A stretch of DNA of 64,000 nucleotides from Mobula hypostoma. Its lineage: Eukaryota. The stretch lies in assembly GCF_963921235.1 (NCBI RefSeq), contig NC_086097.1:100814001-100878000 (forward strand), in the 5' to 3' direction. Position 1 is the first letter of the stretch, and each line of letters opens with the position of its first letter. Below are positions 1 to 11,051 of this stretch, piece by piece. Position numbers and translations under genes: made by a program. Under the pieces are notes generated by a model. It was not told the origin of the DNA and searched no databases. It was given only the letters and a program-made list of their open reading frames with translations.

Positions 1-335
1 CAAGACAAAGGCCCCCAAGCTTAAAGCCAAAATGACACAGGAATGCCTTAAGAACAACAAAGTTAATGTCCTGGAGTGGCCAAGTCAGAGTCCAGACCTG
101 AATTCAATTGAGAATTTGTGGTTGGACTTGAAAAGGGCTGTTCACTCATGATCCCTGTGCAATCTGACAGAGCTTGAGCAGTTTTGTAAAGAAGAATGGG
201 GAAAAATTCCAGTGTCCAGATGTGCAAAGCTGAAAGAGACCTATCCACACAGACTCAAGGCTGTAATTGTTGCCAAAGGTATATTTACTAAATACTGACT
301 TGAATGGGGTGAGTAATTATGCAATCAATTATTTT
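1..335 (+). mobile_element. Tc1-like DNA transposon, decayed transposase C-terminus
   Basis: Translates as [20 protein letters not shown]...ELEQFCKEEWGKI...RLKAVIVAKG..TKY* (stop 296-298), the Tc1 [12 protein letters not shown] motif, with an internal stop. Confidence 0.9.
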
Positions 336-835
336 GAATATGCCACAGTCACCACTGACTTCATCAAGACCTGCATGGATAAGTGCTCACAAGAACACAT
401 TGAGTTTTTCCAGTCCAGGAGCCTTGGATGAACTAGGAGATTCGTAGTCTGCTGAGGGCTAGACCTCTGGCATTCAGGACTGGTTATGGCTATAATTAAC
501 TTCTGGCTGAGCAAGAATCTGGATCCACTTCAATTCGCCTATTGCCACAATATGTCCACAGTAGACACCATTTTGCAGGTTTTTCATGGAACTCTTACAT
601 CAGGACGTTGTTGATAGACTGCAGCTCAGTGTTCAACACCATCATCCCCTCAAAACTTATCATCAGGCTCCAAGAACTAGGCTTCTGTACCTTCTGCAAA
701 TGGATCCTCAACTTACTTATCAGGAGATCACAGTTCAGGTGGAATGGAAATGTCATCTCCTCCTCACTGACTATCAACTCAGGCATACCTCAAAGCTGTG
801 TGCTTAGTGCCCTGCTCTATTCTCTCTATACCTGT
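336..835 (+). mobile_element. Rex1/Babar-type LINE RT fragment
   Basis: LLIDCSSVFNTIIP and GIPQSCVLSALLYSLYT resemble Rex1 RT motifs (FIDYSSAFNTI; GxPQGCVLSPLLYSLYT). Confidence 0.75.
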
Positions 836-1252
836 GTGTTTACGCATTTCCTTCAAGCTCCTCTGCATTCCTTGGCCATAACTTCATGGTTCTCTCCACT
901 GCTGCCACTCCAATAAAACATCCTTGCTGAAATCTGATACCTACTGCATCTTCTGAGCAGGGAAAGAGCTTGCCAGTGATTGTGACTATTGACACTGGAT
1001 ATTTGTGAGGTGTTCTTTGGTTGGATATAACATGCAGGTTTGTGAATGTTGGTCTGTGTGATTCAAGTTGGTACCTGATTGAGAACGAAGAGCCAAAAAT
1101 TACTGATTGCCAGTTGCTGGGTAGAGGGCAATAAATGGATGGTGGCCTGGAGCAGAGCCAATAGAAAGGTGTTAAAGGTCAAACACACCACCTACAGCCA
1201 ATGACACGGGAATGCAATATTTGAATTGGTAAGAAATGAATATAAAAGTAAG

Positions 1253-1742
1253 ATAGAAACATAGAAAACCTACAGCACAATACAGGCCCTTCAGCCCACA
1301 AAGCTATGCCGAACATGTCCCTGCCTTAGAACTAGCTAGGCTTTACCGATAGCCCTCTATTTTGCTAAGCTCCATGTAGCCATCCAGGAGTCTCTTAAAA
1401 AACCCTATCGTTTCCACCTCCACCACCGCTGCCGGCAGCCCATTCCACGCACTCACCACTCTCTGCATAAAAAACTTACCCCCTACATCTCCTCTGTACC
1501 TACTGCCAGGCACCTTAAAACTATGCCCTCTCATACTAGCCATTTCAACCCTGGGGAAAAGCCTCTGACTATCTACACAACCAAAGCCTCTCATTATCTT
1601 GTACACCTCTATCAGGTCACCTCTCATCCTCCATCGCTCCAAGGAGAAAAGGCCGAGTTCACTCAACCTATTCTCATAAGGCATGCTCCCCAATCCAGGC
1701 AGCATCCTTGTAAATCTTCTCTGCACCCTTTCTATTGTTTCC
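1253..1742 (-). mobile_element. CR1 LINE 3' fragment
   Basis: ORF 1343-1726 QRRFTRMLPG...RMRGDLIEVYK...FFMQRVVSAWN; (TTTCTATG)n tail. Confidence 0.92.
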
Positions 1743-2989
1743 TATGGTAGATGCTTCAAATGTGCAGGCAGCAGTAATTCAGTAGGAGAGCAACTATTGT
1801 GGATGTGAGGCGCCCCACAGACTTGTGGAGATTCGAAAAGGGACTATGAGGAACATGTGGCCAGCAGCAGGAACTACTTTTTAACTGGTATTATGTTTTC
1901 TGTTCTTTGACTGTTCATGAAAGGCCAGGAAAACTTAATTGGTGTGTGCACAGGTATTGGTTGTGCAAGTTCACGTGCTCTTCCACTGAGACAATAAAGG
2001 TACTTATTGGTAATTATAGATTCTCCCTGTTGATAATTTTTACAAGGGGTGATTCTTGTAACAACGCTTTGTTGGAATTACAAGGAATTCAATGTCTAGT
2101 CGGGGCCCAGCAATAGATATTAATCATGTAGGTCTATATCCTGCCAGCCACATTCAATATTAAGGTTATTACAGCAAATCAGAAAAAGGTCTTTTTGGAA
2201 ATATTAGCCATAATGTCAGCAGGCAAGCTGATCTCTGAACACAGCCTGTGCACAAGTATGCTGCACTCACATTGAAAGCTATGCTATCTGTCAGAACCAC
2301 CTTAAGGAAGCTCCCACACTCAGTAGAATGAAAATCAAAGCTCAGTATGATTTCCTCCACACCACACAATGTCATCATTACAGAACCATCGAACAGGAAC
2401 CTTAGCACCCCTTCCTGACTGGATTTGCAGTTAAAAAAAACTCATCAGATTAACATACCAGCACTGGTATAATCTGAACCTCATTGGCTCATTCAGCACA
2501 ACCTTGTCACTGAGCATCTTAGTATTTGCATGACCACAATTGCAAAACTAATGCCACTACAAAAAAAGCATTACAAATCATATTTATTAATTAAACCACA
2601 CATCACTGCATAGAATGATCATCTAAACCTTTATTCCTGTTTTCCTGGAACAAATGTTCAATATGTTTTACATACTCAGATGTTCCCACTCAATACTAGC
2701 TCAGTAAGTGCAGAATGGCTGGTGAAAGATAGATAGTTTTCAACAAAGGAGATTGCAGGAGACTGTGAAAGATGACCTCAAACATTTTCAGGCTACATCA
2801 TCTGGACATTGGGGCCAGCAGTCTGGCTTATACCTAGGGTGCTGGCAGGAACATGAATCTTGTCTTCCTGAGAAAAGAGCAACTTCACAAAGCCATTCTC
2901 AGATCCTCAACATGGAGGCCAATCTTTTTAGAGGACAGACTGCTGCAAAATTCTGCAAACTCTTTAGCACATGATAATCCCTTGCCATG

Positions 2990-3252
2990 GTGGAGGTCAC
3001 ATTTTACTGCTAATAAAATTGATGCACCATCAATAACTCCAAAAGACTGGAAGTAGAGTAAATACTGAAAGGCTTTTATTAGCAGTAAAATGTGACCTCC
3101 ACCATGCTGAGTATCTGCCCCTGGACTGAGAGGAGGAGCAATGGCACAATCGCCTTTATTCAGGGTCTGTGGGAGGAGCCACAGGAGCAGTCAGCAGAGG
3201 GGCGTGTCCAGACAGGTAACCCTGTTACAACATATATATATGGTTTACCACA
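2990..3252 (-). mobile_element. Short LTR (3020-3252, TG...CA) with about 30 bp of adjacent internal sequence
   Basis: Minus strand begins TGTGGTAAACC and ends GGTGCATCA; contains AATAAA; CCATG direct repeat at 2985-2989 and 3253-3257. Confidence 0.7.
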
Positions 3253-3349
3253 CCATGTTGACAGTACCTGAGTCTGTACCACAACAAAATCAGAACATAC
3301 ACCAGAATAGTGCAGTTCATCGCAGCACTGTAGAGAGGCTATTGCTTAC

Positions 3350-3383
3350 CTAGTGTGTGCAGATCTCACTGCTATGCTGCCCT
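3350..3383 (-). CDS. Probable 34-nt micro-exon of the CCDC9-family gene ((E)GSIAVRSAHT)
   Basis: Strong acceptor ttttttggtttttatacag and donor AG|gtaagc; open only in the phase-1 frame required by exon 22038-22090; no protein homology recognised. Confidence 0.55.
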
Positions 3384-4916
3384 CTGTATAAAAACCAAAA
3401 AATGTGTATGAAATCAAGTACTAATGTGCCTCCATCTTCACAATCTTCTTGGTCTTCAACCACTAGCCAGTCACTACTTTGGAAAATGTGAGTATGTGCT
3501 TTCACTATGTGAAGCTTATAAATTGGAAGAGTATGGGCCGGCAGTAGAGATGGATGTGAAAACACAAATTATCTCTGAGGATGGCATTACTTTTGATTGT
3601 TTCAGCTCTGCTTCTGGCTGAAGTCTCAATAACTATCATCCCAAGAACAATCATGATGATAAGGATGATAAGACATAGACAAAGCTGACTTCCTCCGGTC
3701 AGTTTCTGCATTTAGTTGTGTTGCAATTGAGAGATAAGTGTCAGGGAATGGTGACATCCCTACTTAAGTCAGTGTGAAAGAGATGAAGGCAAAAAAAAAT
3801 GCAGAGACACAAGAAAATGCAGATGCTGGAATTAGGAGTAAAAGTATTGGAGAAATTCAACAAGATAAGCAGCATCTGTGGTGGAAATGGCACATTCGAA
3901 ATTTTGGGTCATGACCCCTTGTACAAACAGGATGTTCTTCTCATGGGAGAATCCAGAAATGGACTACATTCTTCAAAATAAAGGGATACTCATTTCCTGA
4001 CTGAGATAAGGAAGATTTTTTTTTCTTTTACATATTTAATTGACATTGGAAATGGATCAAAGGTGGTGACGAATTAGAGTGGTGGAGGAAGATTGAAAAT
4101 CCGGCTGAGTGGTGCCACATCAACAGCCTCTCACTCAATCTCAGCAAAACCAAGGAGCTGATTATTGACTTCAGGAGGAGGAAACCAGATGCCCAGGAGT
4201 CAGACCTCATCGAGGGATGAGAGGTGGAGAGGGCCAGCAACTTTAAATTCCTCGGTGTTATCATCTCAGAGGATCGATTCTAGGTCCAGTACAAAGTGCC
4301 ATTACAAAGAAAGCATGGCAATGCCTCTACTTTCTCAGAAGTTTGCATAGATTTGGCATGTCATCTGAACCTTTTGACAATAGATGTGCAGTGGAGAGTA
4401 TATTGACTGGTTGCATCATGGTCTAGTATGGAAACACAAATGCCTGAAATGGAAAAACCTATAAAAACCTATAAAACCACTCCAGTCTATCATGGGTAAA
4501 GCCCTACCCACCATTGAGCACATCTACAAGGAGTGCTGTCACAGGGAAGCAGCATCATCAAGAACCCTCACCATCCAGGCCATGCTCTCTTCACATTGTC
4601 ACCATTAGGAAAATGGTCCAAGAGCCTCAGGACCCACATCACCAGGTTCAGGAACGATTATTAACCTTTGACCATCAGACTCTTGAACCAGAGGGGATAA
4701 CTTCACTCATCCCAACACAGAACTGAACACAATCTATGGACTCACTTTCAAGGACTCTTCACCTCATGTTCTTCATATTTATTGTTTGTTTATTTATTAA
4801 TTATGATTATTTATATTTTTCTTTCTTTTGTATTAGCAGTTTGTTGTCTTTTTCACAATGGCTGTTTGCTCATCTTGTATGCGGTCTTCCATTAATTCTA
4901 TTGCGATTCCTTGTAT

Positions 4917-5607
4917 TGTAAGGGGGTTTCAAGTTTTATGTTACTGCGAAGGCTAATTAAAATGGCGTCTTTGTTATGTTAATCTGGGGAATGCGGCTTT
5001 GTTGTGTTAAACGCTGAGCAAGTTTGCACAACGGTTTGTTTTTACTTTAGTGTGTGATAAGAGAGTGCTGTTAACCAATTGGGATAGTTGTTATGGTTTT
5101 GGTGTATTTGAAGATACTGTATGCGCGGGGTTTTGGGGCAGAAGGCGGGAGATCGAGACAGAGGATGGACGAGGTGCTGTGAGTCCGCTAACGGGGTCGG
5201 GCCCCGAGCGGGACATTCGGCGCGGAGACGGAGACGGACTGGTGTGGAGCGTCTGGTCGACCACCATTGGTGGTCCCAAGCAGCCGGTCGAGGTGGTCCG
5301 AGGGGGTCGCAGGGTGAAGAAGAAGGTCCTTGAGCTCCAACTGTTTGTGCACGAAGAGATTGAACTTTGATAAGTGTGGCGCCTTTTATTTTCCTTTTAT
5401 ATTTTATTCTCTTTTAATTATGTAGTTCCAGTTATATCTATAAACTGTAAATCATTTAATTGCATCTGGTGTATTGTCTGTTATTTGGGCGAGGTGGGGT
5501 ACCTCACACAGCATCCACACAAACAAGTTATCCAGTTTGGCGGGACCGAGGCTGTTTCCCTAGACGACAGCGAGCCGAGCAACCCTGAGAGTGGCCGGGG
5601 GGCTACA
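4917..5607 (+). repeat. 5' LTR
   Basis: TGTAAGGGG...GGCTACA; about 31 differences from the 3' LTR by manual count (~95-96% identity). Confidence 0.95.
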
Positions 5608-5610
5608 TTG

Positions 5611-5629
5611 TGGGGGCTTTGTCCGGGAT
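5611..5629 (+). promoter_or_regulatory. Primer-binding site, tRNA-Pro type
   Basis: TGGGGGCTTTGTCCGGGAT 3 nt after the LTR; canonical tRNA-Pro PBS is TGGGGGCTCGTCCGGGAT. Confidence 0.85.
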
Positions 5630-5859
5630 GCTTGAGTCTGTTGGTATGCTGTGTGGGTGCCCTGTTTAAATCTATAATGTGTGTCTCTGTGGGTTATTTG
5701 CTGTTGATTGCTGTATGCGTTGTGGGTGCGGTCTTTGTTCGAGTTCAGACTAGCATTGACGAGTTGGAGGTGGCACTCGGGGCCGTCCATGCGGTTGGGA
5801 GAGAGAGGAAAGAGTGGTCTGATTTGGAGGTCAAGTCTGCGAATAAATGTTCTAGCTCT

Positions 5860-6200
5860 GGCAGGCTCCGCCTGGCACTTGGGATAGTGTCCAACCCAAG
5901 AGGGGCGGAGGCGTGCGAGATGTGGGCGGAGCGGATCTCTCAGTTGTTAGATGAGTGGCAGTGCTCGGTTGAGGGAGAGCGACAGGGATTGGTTGAAATT
6001 TTGAGTAGGCGGGCTGGTGACGGTGTTAGAGCTGTCAGGTTCACTTACACCATAGTGACAGCTGTCAGTTATTTGAAAAAGGGGGGAAAGTTTTCAGTGT
6101 GTCTTCTCTGGCGAGGAGGGCGGCTAAATTGCTTGCAGGATCATTTCAGGGGATCAGTTGTTCAGCTGATCAGCGAGGTGTCGGGAAACTTAGTGGAGGC
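5860..6200 (+). pseudogene. PNMA-like Gypsy gag remnant
   Basis: [44 protein letters not shown] resembles the PNMA/Gypsy capsid signature (FSG..P.GEE.FE.W...L.EWQ.S..EK..RL.ESL). Confidence 0.75.
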
Positions 6201-6264
6201 CCAGTGGGGGAGCGGCCTGAGGTCTCTGGGGAAGCACACTCCCAGCAATGTACCAATGAACTTC

Positions 6265-7060
6265 TGAAAGGAAAAGACCCTATTCCTGAAGGCTTAGAGG
6301 GGCCACGCCCCAGGGTGTCGCTATGGATAGAGGGAAGCGATGCTAAAACTATCCTCAACCCACAGATCAAGTTGTTGTACAGTTCGTTTTACAACCGGTG
6401 TCTGAAGCATTTATCCTTGACAACCACAAGGGCACCGGAGACTTTGGGTACTAGTGGCAGTAGTTATCCAGAAGACGATGATTGGTTAATGACCCTGGAG
6501 TTCATGGAGGCATTTTCTGGGCACCCAGCGTGTCGAGTTGCTTCTGAGGACGTGTGTAGCAGGCTTGAGCCAGTACCGAATTTAAACGAGACCCAGCGGT
6601 GGTATGGCTTGGGGAAAGTAGCTGAGGGTGAGACCCTCTTAGTAGATGCTCCGAACTACCACGAGGGAGGGGAGTTGACCGCTGAAGACACCTCAGTGAG
6701 AGAGAGGTCGCAGCAACTGGACCCTGGCGGCGTGGAAGATGAAGGCAGCGTATGTGTGGATTATGTGATGTGGTTTAATGTGCTGCATCTGAGGAGTGGA
6801 TGTTGCCAGATCCTGAGGAGTGCGGCTGTTGAGCTGAAGATGGCCTTTACTCGTTCCCTAGGATTCTTCCGATCCGAAAAGACGCCCAAGGGCATATCCG
6901 GAGCCCCTGCATCCTTCCCGCGGGGCATGAGGAAGACCATGGGGGAAGTGAAGGTGTGTGGAGTTTTGACGTATGTGGATGACCGCCTAGAGCTTGGATT
7001 CGCCTGGGGGGACTATGAGGCGAGGCGAGTGGCTGAGCCCGGGCGACCGAAGCGAAGTGT
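6265..7060 (+). pseudogene. Gypsy pol remnant: degenerate protease and internally deleted RT
   Basis: IPEGLEGP..VSLWIEG...LLYSSFYNRCLKHL (protease region, DTG lost); CVDY..WFNVLHLRSGCCQI..KMAF..LGFF..PKGISGAPASF..VLTYVDD (RT). Confidence 0.85.
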
Positions 7061-7079
7061 CAAATGTGGAGGAGTTTTT

Positions 7080-7793
7080 GGCCGGAGGAGTTTGGTGCAA
7101 TGTGAGGAAAATGACCCGACATACCAGTTGAACTTCCTGGTGTTGGGACAGACGGTGGTGGACCGGGGGATGGAAACCCAGGTCGTCAATCTGAATGAGA
7201 CACAGGGAAGAGAGGGGATTTGCACCGCACTGCGGTCATGAACTGATGAATTAATCCAGCGAGAAGGAACGATGACCCACCTTCGAAGGGATCAGCAGAA
7301 ACTCAAGACGTCCATTCAAAACAGATTGTAAGATTTACTAGTTGGGGAAGATCAAGGAAGTGTTCCGACTAAGGTCAACAGAAAACCGAGAGCCCAGGGA
7401 GGGGAGTTTGACTACACTCCCAAGGAGGTGAAGAAATGGAGGACAGATCTCGGAAAAGGGAGGCGGACGCTTGAAAGGAACCTGAAGATGACTATCGCGA
7501 GTTTAAATGAAGTGGAAAAACTGAAAGTTGACCTGGAAGACGCCCTCAGGAAGAAACCGCCGGAGGCTGAACATTCTTTAACTGCTGCTTTTCAGGTCAG
7601 GGTGGAAGAAGCTGGTGGGGTAACTGCGTCCCAGATTGAGATGGCCAGGAACCCTGAGTCAGAACTGCGGAGGCTGTGGCGAGAGTTGAAGGAGTCCCTG
7701 AAGAAGCTGACGTCTCGACTGCAGGAGGCTGAAGGGGTAGCCCCGGCTAAATGTTTCAGTTTGGAGAAACTCAAACAGCAGCTACCAATCGAG
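7080..7793 (+). pseudogene. Captured myosin heavy-chain rod fragments (sarcomeric type, MYH16-like) inside the LTR element
   Basis: [68 protein letters not shown]...[13 protein letters not shown] match myosin II tail motifs (RLEEAGGATSAQIEM; KKLAQRLQEAE..AKCSSLEKTKQRL); two in-frame stops. Confidence 0.85.
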
Positions 7794-8284
7794 GGAATGA
7801 GGAAGGATACGGGTTCGAAGGATGATGTGCTGCACATGTGGTACATGCTGCCTTTCGCTAACTTCCCCGTGATTGAGGAAGAGACCTTTGGCCCTTCTCC
7901 CACCGAGTCAGGTGTAGTGGGGAGGGCTAGCTGTCGGCAGTCTGAGTTATGGCAGGATCAGGAAGGAGGAGAGGCGGGGCCCCGGACACGGGACTGGGAG
8001 CTCCGAGCTGTAGTGGTGGCCTGAGTGAGAGAGGAGTTGGCAAGCAGGCCCGAGGTATCCCTAGTAGTGTCTGAGCCTTTTGGGTTTAGGTGAGCGGGTA
8101 CGGAGGTCTCAGAGGGTTAAGAAGCTCCCAGATAGGTTGGCCTATGTAGCGCCTGTGGGACGGGAGTAAGGTCCACTGTTCGGGGAGCACTGTCACTGTG
8201 TGCATCTGTGTATGTGTGTGTTGTGTGTCTGCAGGACTGGTTGGCGAGTTACTTAGCAGTCATGAGGATATGACTTTATTTGGT

Positions 8285-8294
8285 GGGGGGAGAG
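8285..8294 (+). promoter_or_regulatory. Polypurine tract
   Basis: GGGGGGAGAG immediately before the 3' LTR. Confidence 0.85.
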
Positions 8295-8986
8295 TGTAAG
8301 GGGGTTTTGACTTTTATGTTACTGCGGAGGCTAATTAAAATGGCGTCTTTGTTATGTTAATCTGGGGAATGCGGCTTTGTTGTGTTAAACGCTGAGAAAG
8401 TTTGCGCTAACAGTTTGTTTTTGCTTTAGTGTGTGATAAGAGAGTGCTATTAACCAATTGGGATAGTTGTTATGGTTTTGGTGTATTTGAAGATACTGTA
8501 TGCGCGGCGTTTTGGGGCAGAAGGCGGGAGATCGAGACAGAGGATGGACGAGGTGCTGTGAGTCTGCTAACGGGGTCGGACCCCGAGCGGGACGTTCGGC
8601 GAGGAGACGGAGATGGACTGGTGTGGAGCGTCTGGTCGACCACCATTGGTAGTCCCAGGTGGCCGGTCGTGGTGGTCCGAGGGGGTGGCAGGGTGAAGAA
8701 GAAGGTCCTTGAGCTCCAACTGTTTGTGCACGAAGAGATTGAACTTTGATAAGTGTGGCGCCTTTTATTTTCCTTTTATATTTTATTCCCTTTTAATTAT
8801 ATAGTTCCAGTAATATCTATAAACTGTAAATCATCTAATTGCATCTGGTGTATTGTCTGTTATTTGGGCGGGGTGGGGTACCTCACACAGCATCCACACA
8901 AACAAGTTATCCAGTTTGGCAGGGCCAAGGCTGTTTCCCTAGACGACAGCGAGCCGAGCGACCCTGAGAGTGGCCGGGGGGCTACA
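8295..8986 (+). repeat. 3' LTR
   Basis: Direct repeat of 4917-5607, followed by the GTAT duplication. Confidence 0.95.
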
Positions 8987-9243
8987 GTATTTACTATGAT
9001 TGCCTGCAAGGAAATGAATCTTGGAGTTGTATATGGTGAGGTGTATATATATATATATATATACTCTGGTAATTGATTTACTTTGAACTTTGAAATCTTT
9101 GGAATTTCATGCCAAAGACAGGAAAGAGCACAGAGCCTTAGGTATAGTTAAGATTGATTTAGATGAATTTTTAAACAGTTAGAGAATTAATAGTATGGGG
9201 AAAGGGCAAAAACTGCATGAGAGATGTTGGATTAGCCATGATG

Positions 9244-9940
9244 TTGGGGGAGAAAATGCGGCGTGACGGCAGCGTGCACGGCCACTTCGGTGATGAATAT
9301 CTGTTATCTGTCAAGTAGGGGACTGTGCACATTTCTGTTTTGATGGAGACAGACGTGAGAGCACAGTGAAACATCTGGAAAGCTTCTGAAATGCCCGCTT
9401 CGCTGCCGCTGCTACTGTGTGGTAACCGGAATCTCTGGAGCTGAAGGCTCCGAAATCCTCGGCTTTGCATGTTTCAGTGGCCGGGGAGAGATCGAAGGCG
9501 TTCGGCGGAGAATGGTGCTCGGGAGGTTGTATCGGAGGGGCTGATTGGAGGCTCGAAGTTTTCAGACGGATGGACTCAGTGTTGGCTGGGGTCGGCTGTT
9601 TCCCAGGTATCAGCAAATTGACGGTGCCTGGAGGTTTATGGCAGGGAGTTTCTCCCTTTTGCCTCCTGCTATCGGGGACTCGGGAGTCGATCGACTCGGG
9701 ACTTGGAGACTTTTTTTTTACTGTGCCCATGGTCTGTTCTTTATCAAATTATGGTATTGCTTTGCAGTGCTGTAATTATATGTTATAATTATGTGGTTCT
9801 GTCAGTGTTAGTCTTTGGTCTGTCCTGTTTTCTGTGATATCACTCCGGAGAAACATTGTATCATTTCTTAATGCATGTATGCATTTCTAAATGACAATAA
9901 AAGAGGACTGAATGTTCTCATAATCTAGTCTAATCTAATC
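9244..9940 (+). mobile_element. GC-rich non-coding retroposon with (TCTAA)n tail, inserted in an old CR1 3' end
   Basis: CpG-rich head, AATAAA, TCTAGTCTAATCTAATC end; flanks join into a CR1-type tail (ATTAGCCATGAT|CCTACCGAACGGTGG). Confidence 0.55.
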
Positions 9941-10594
9941 CTACCGAACGGTGGAACATGTCTGAGGTGCTGATCACCTGACTCCTCTTCCCATTTCTTA
10001 TGACCATTTGCAATCCAGAGTATGGGTACAGAGGAACACTTAAAAAATATGAGTACTAAAGTACAAGGAGCATGAACTAAGAGTCAAAACGTGGTGTAAT
10101 TTGATGAATGTTGCACATGAAAATGCATTCATTGACCTTGACCACTTAAGTGAGGTCACTAAACTTCAAGGAGCTGCACCCACATCTTTAGGGCTAGATT
10201 TCTGGAAATAACCACTGTGGTCAATCCCAGGAGCCCCTGCAACTAAAGGACATTGCACCTATGTTACACCACCTATGTCAAGTCCTCCCATACAGCACTC
10301 AAAAAACTTTAACCCACTCTCTTGTTATATAATTTACTATTGCTTCGCAAGTCTGATGCATTGGTTCACCCATGACAGACTGGCACAATACACCCATCAT
10401 GTAACAGGGGTTATAGAACCAGGGGGCTGAAGAATGACCAGCATTCTAGTCAGTCATGATATTGGCCCATTGCTGATGCTAATTACCAAATGGTTAATAC
10501 TGTAGAATGCCGAATTTATTATCATGGTCAGGATGAATTTGACCTAACTGTCCACAGTGAATAGGGATGAACTAATTGAACATCATAATCCCCA

Positions 10595-10969
10595 AACACG
10601 AGGAATTCTGCAGATGCTGGAAATTCAAGCACCACACATCAAAGTTGCTGGTGAACGCAGCAGGCCAGGCAGCATCTGTAGGAAGAGGTACAGTCAACGT
10701 TTCGGGCTGAGAACCTTTGTCAGATCTAACTGAAGGAAGTGCTAGTAAGATATTTTAAAGTGGGAGGGGGAGGGGGAGATCCAAAATGATAGGAGAAGAC
10801 CCCCTCCTGTCTTCTCCTATCATTTTGGATCTCCCCCTCCCCCTCCCACTTTCAAATCTCTTACTAGCTCTTCCTTCAGTTAGTCCTGACGAAGGGTCTC
10901 GGCCCGAAACGTCGACTGAACCCCTTCCTAGAGATGCTGCCTGGTCTGCTGCGTTCACCGGCAACTTTG
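10595..10969. mobile_element. Penelope-like element terminus in inverted (hairpin) arrangement
   Basis: Arms 10638-10800 and 10809-10971; 13-bp TSD ATCATAATCCCCA (10582-10594, 10970-10982); same terminus family as the GIY-YIG-bearing copy at 54.1-54.8 kb. Confidence 0.85.
10881..10918 (+). ncRNA. Minimal type I hammerhead ribozyme motif
   Basis: TAGTC-CTGACGA-A-GGGT(CTCG)GCCC-GAAA-C-GTC-GACTG: intact core, stems I and II, palindromic ACGT stem III. Confidence 0.75.
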
Positions 10970-11051
10970 ATCATAATCCCCATGTCTTTTTGTGATCACG
11001 TTCCCACATAACCACCAATTGGTCAAAGCAAATGTACTGGAAAGTTTCATT

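Larger units (their letters stand above)
4917..8986 (+). mobile_element. Non-autonomous Gypsy/Ty3 LTR retrotransposon, complete insertion
   Basis: Two ~690-bp TG...CA LTRs; GTAT target-site duplication (4913-4916, 8987-8990); PBS; PPT; gag, protease and RT remnants. Confidence 0.95.
4040..9093 (+). mobile_element. Rex1/Babar-type LINE 3' part, split by the LTR element (4040-4916 and 8987-9093)
   Basis: Rex-type C-terminal motifs (WC..NSLSLN.SKTKELIIDFRR); 3' tail resumes after the LTR element and matches the tail at 14040-14096. Confidence 0.8.

Noticed and set aside
7428..8024. 198-aa ORF as a functional host myosin gene
   Set aside because: Inside an LTR element, no motor domain, discontinuous rod pieces, helix-breaking prolines, GTG start and upstream in-frame stops
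5050..8749. Duplicated 106-aa ORFs (5050-5370, 8429-8749) as paralogous genes
   Set aside because: They are the two LTR copies; no recognisable protein motif
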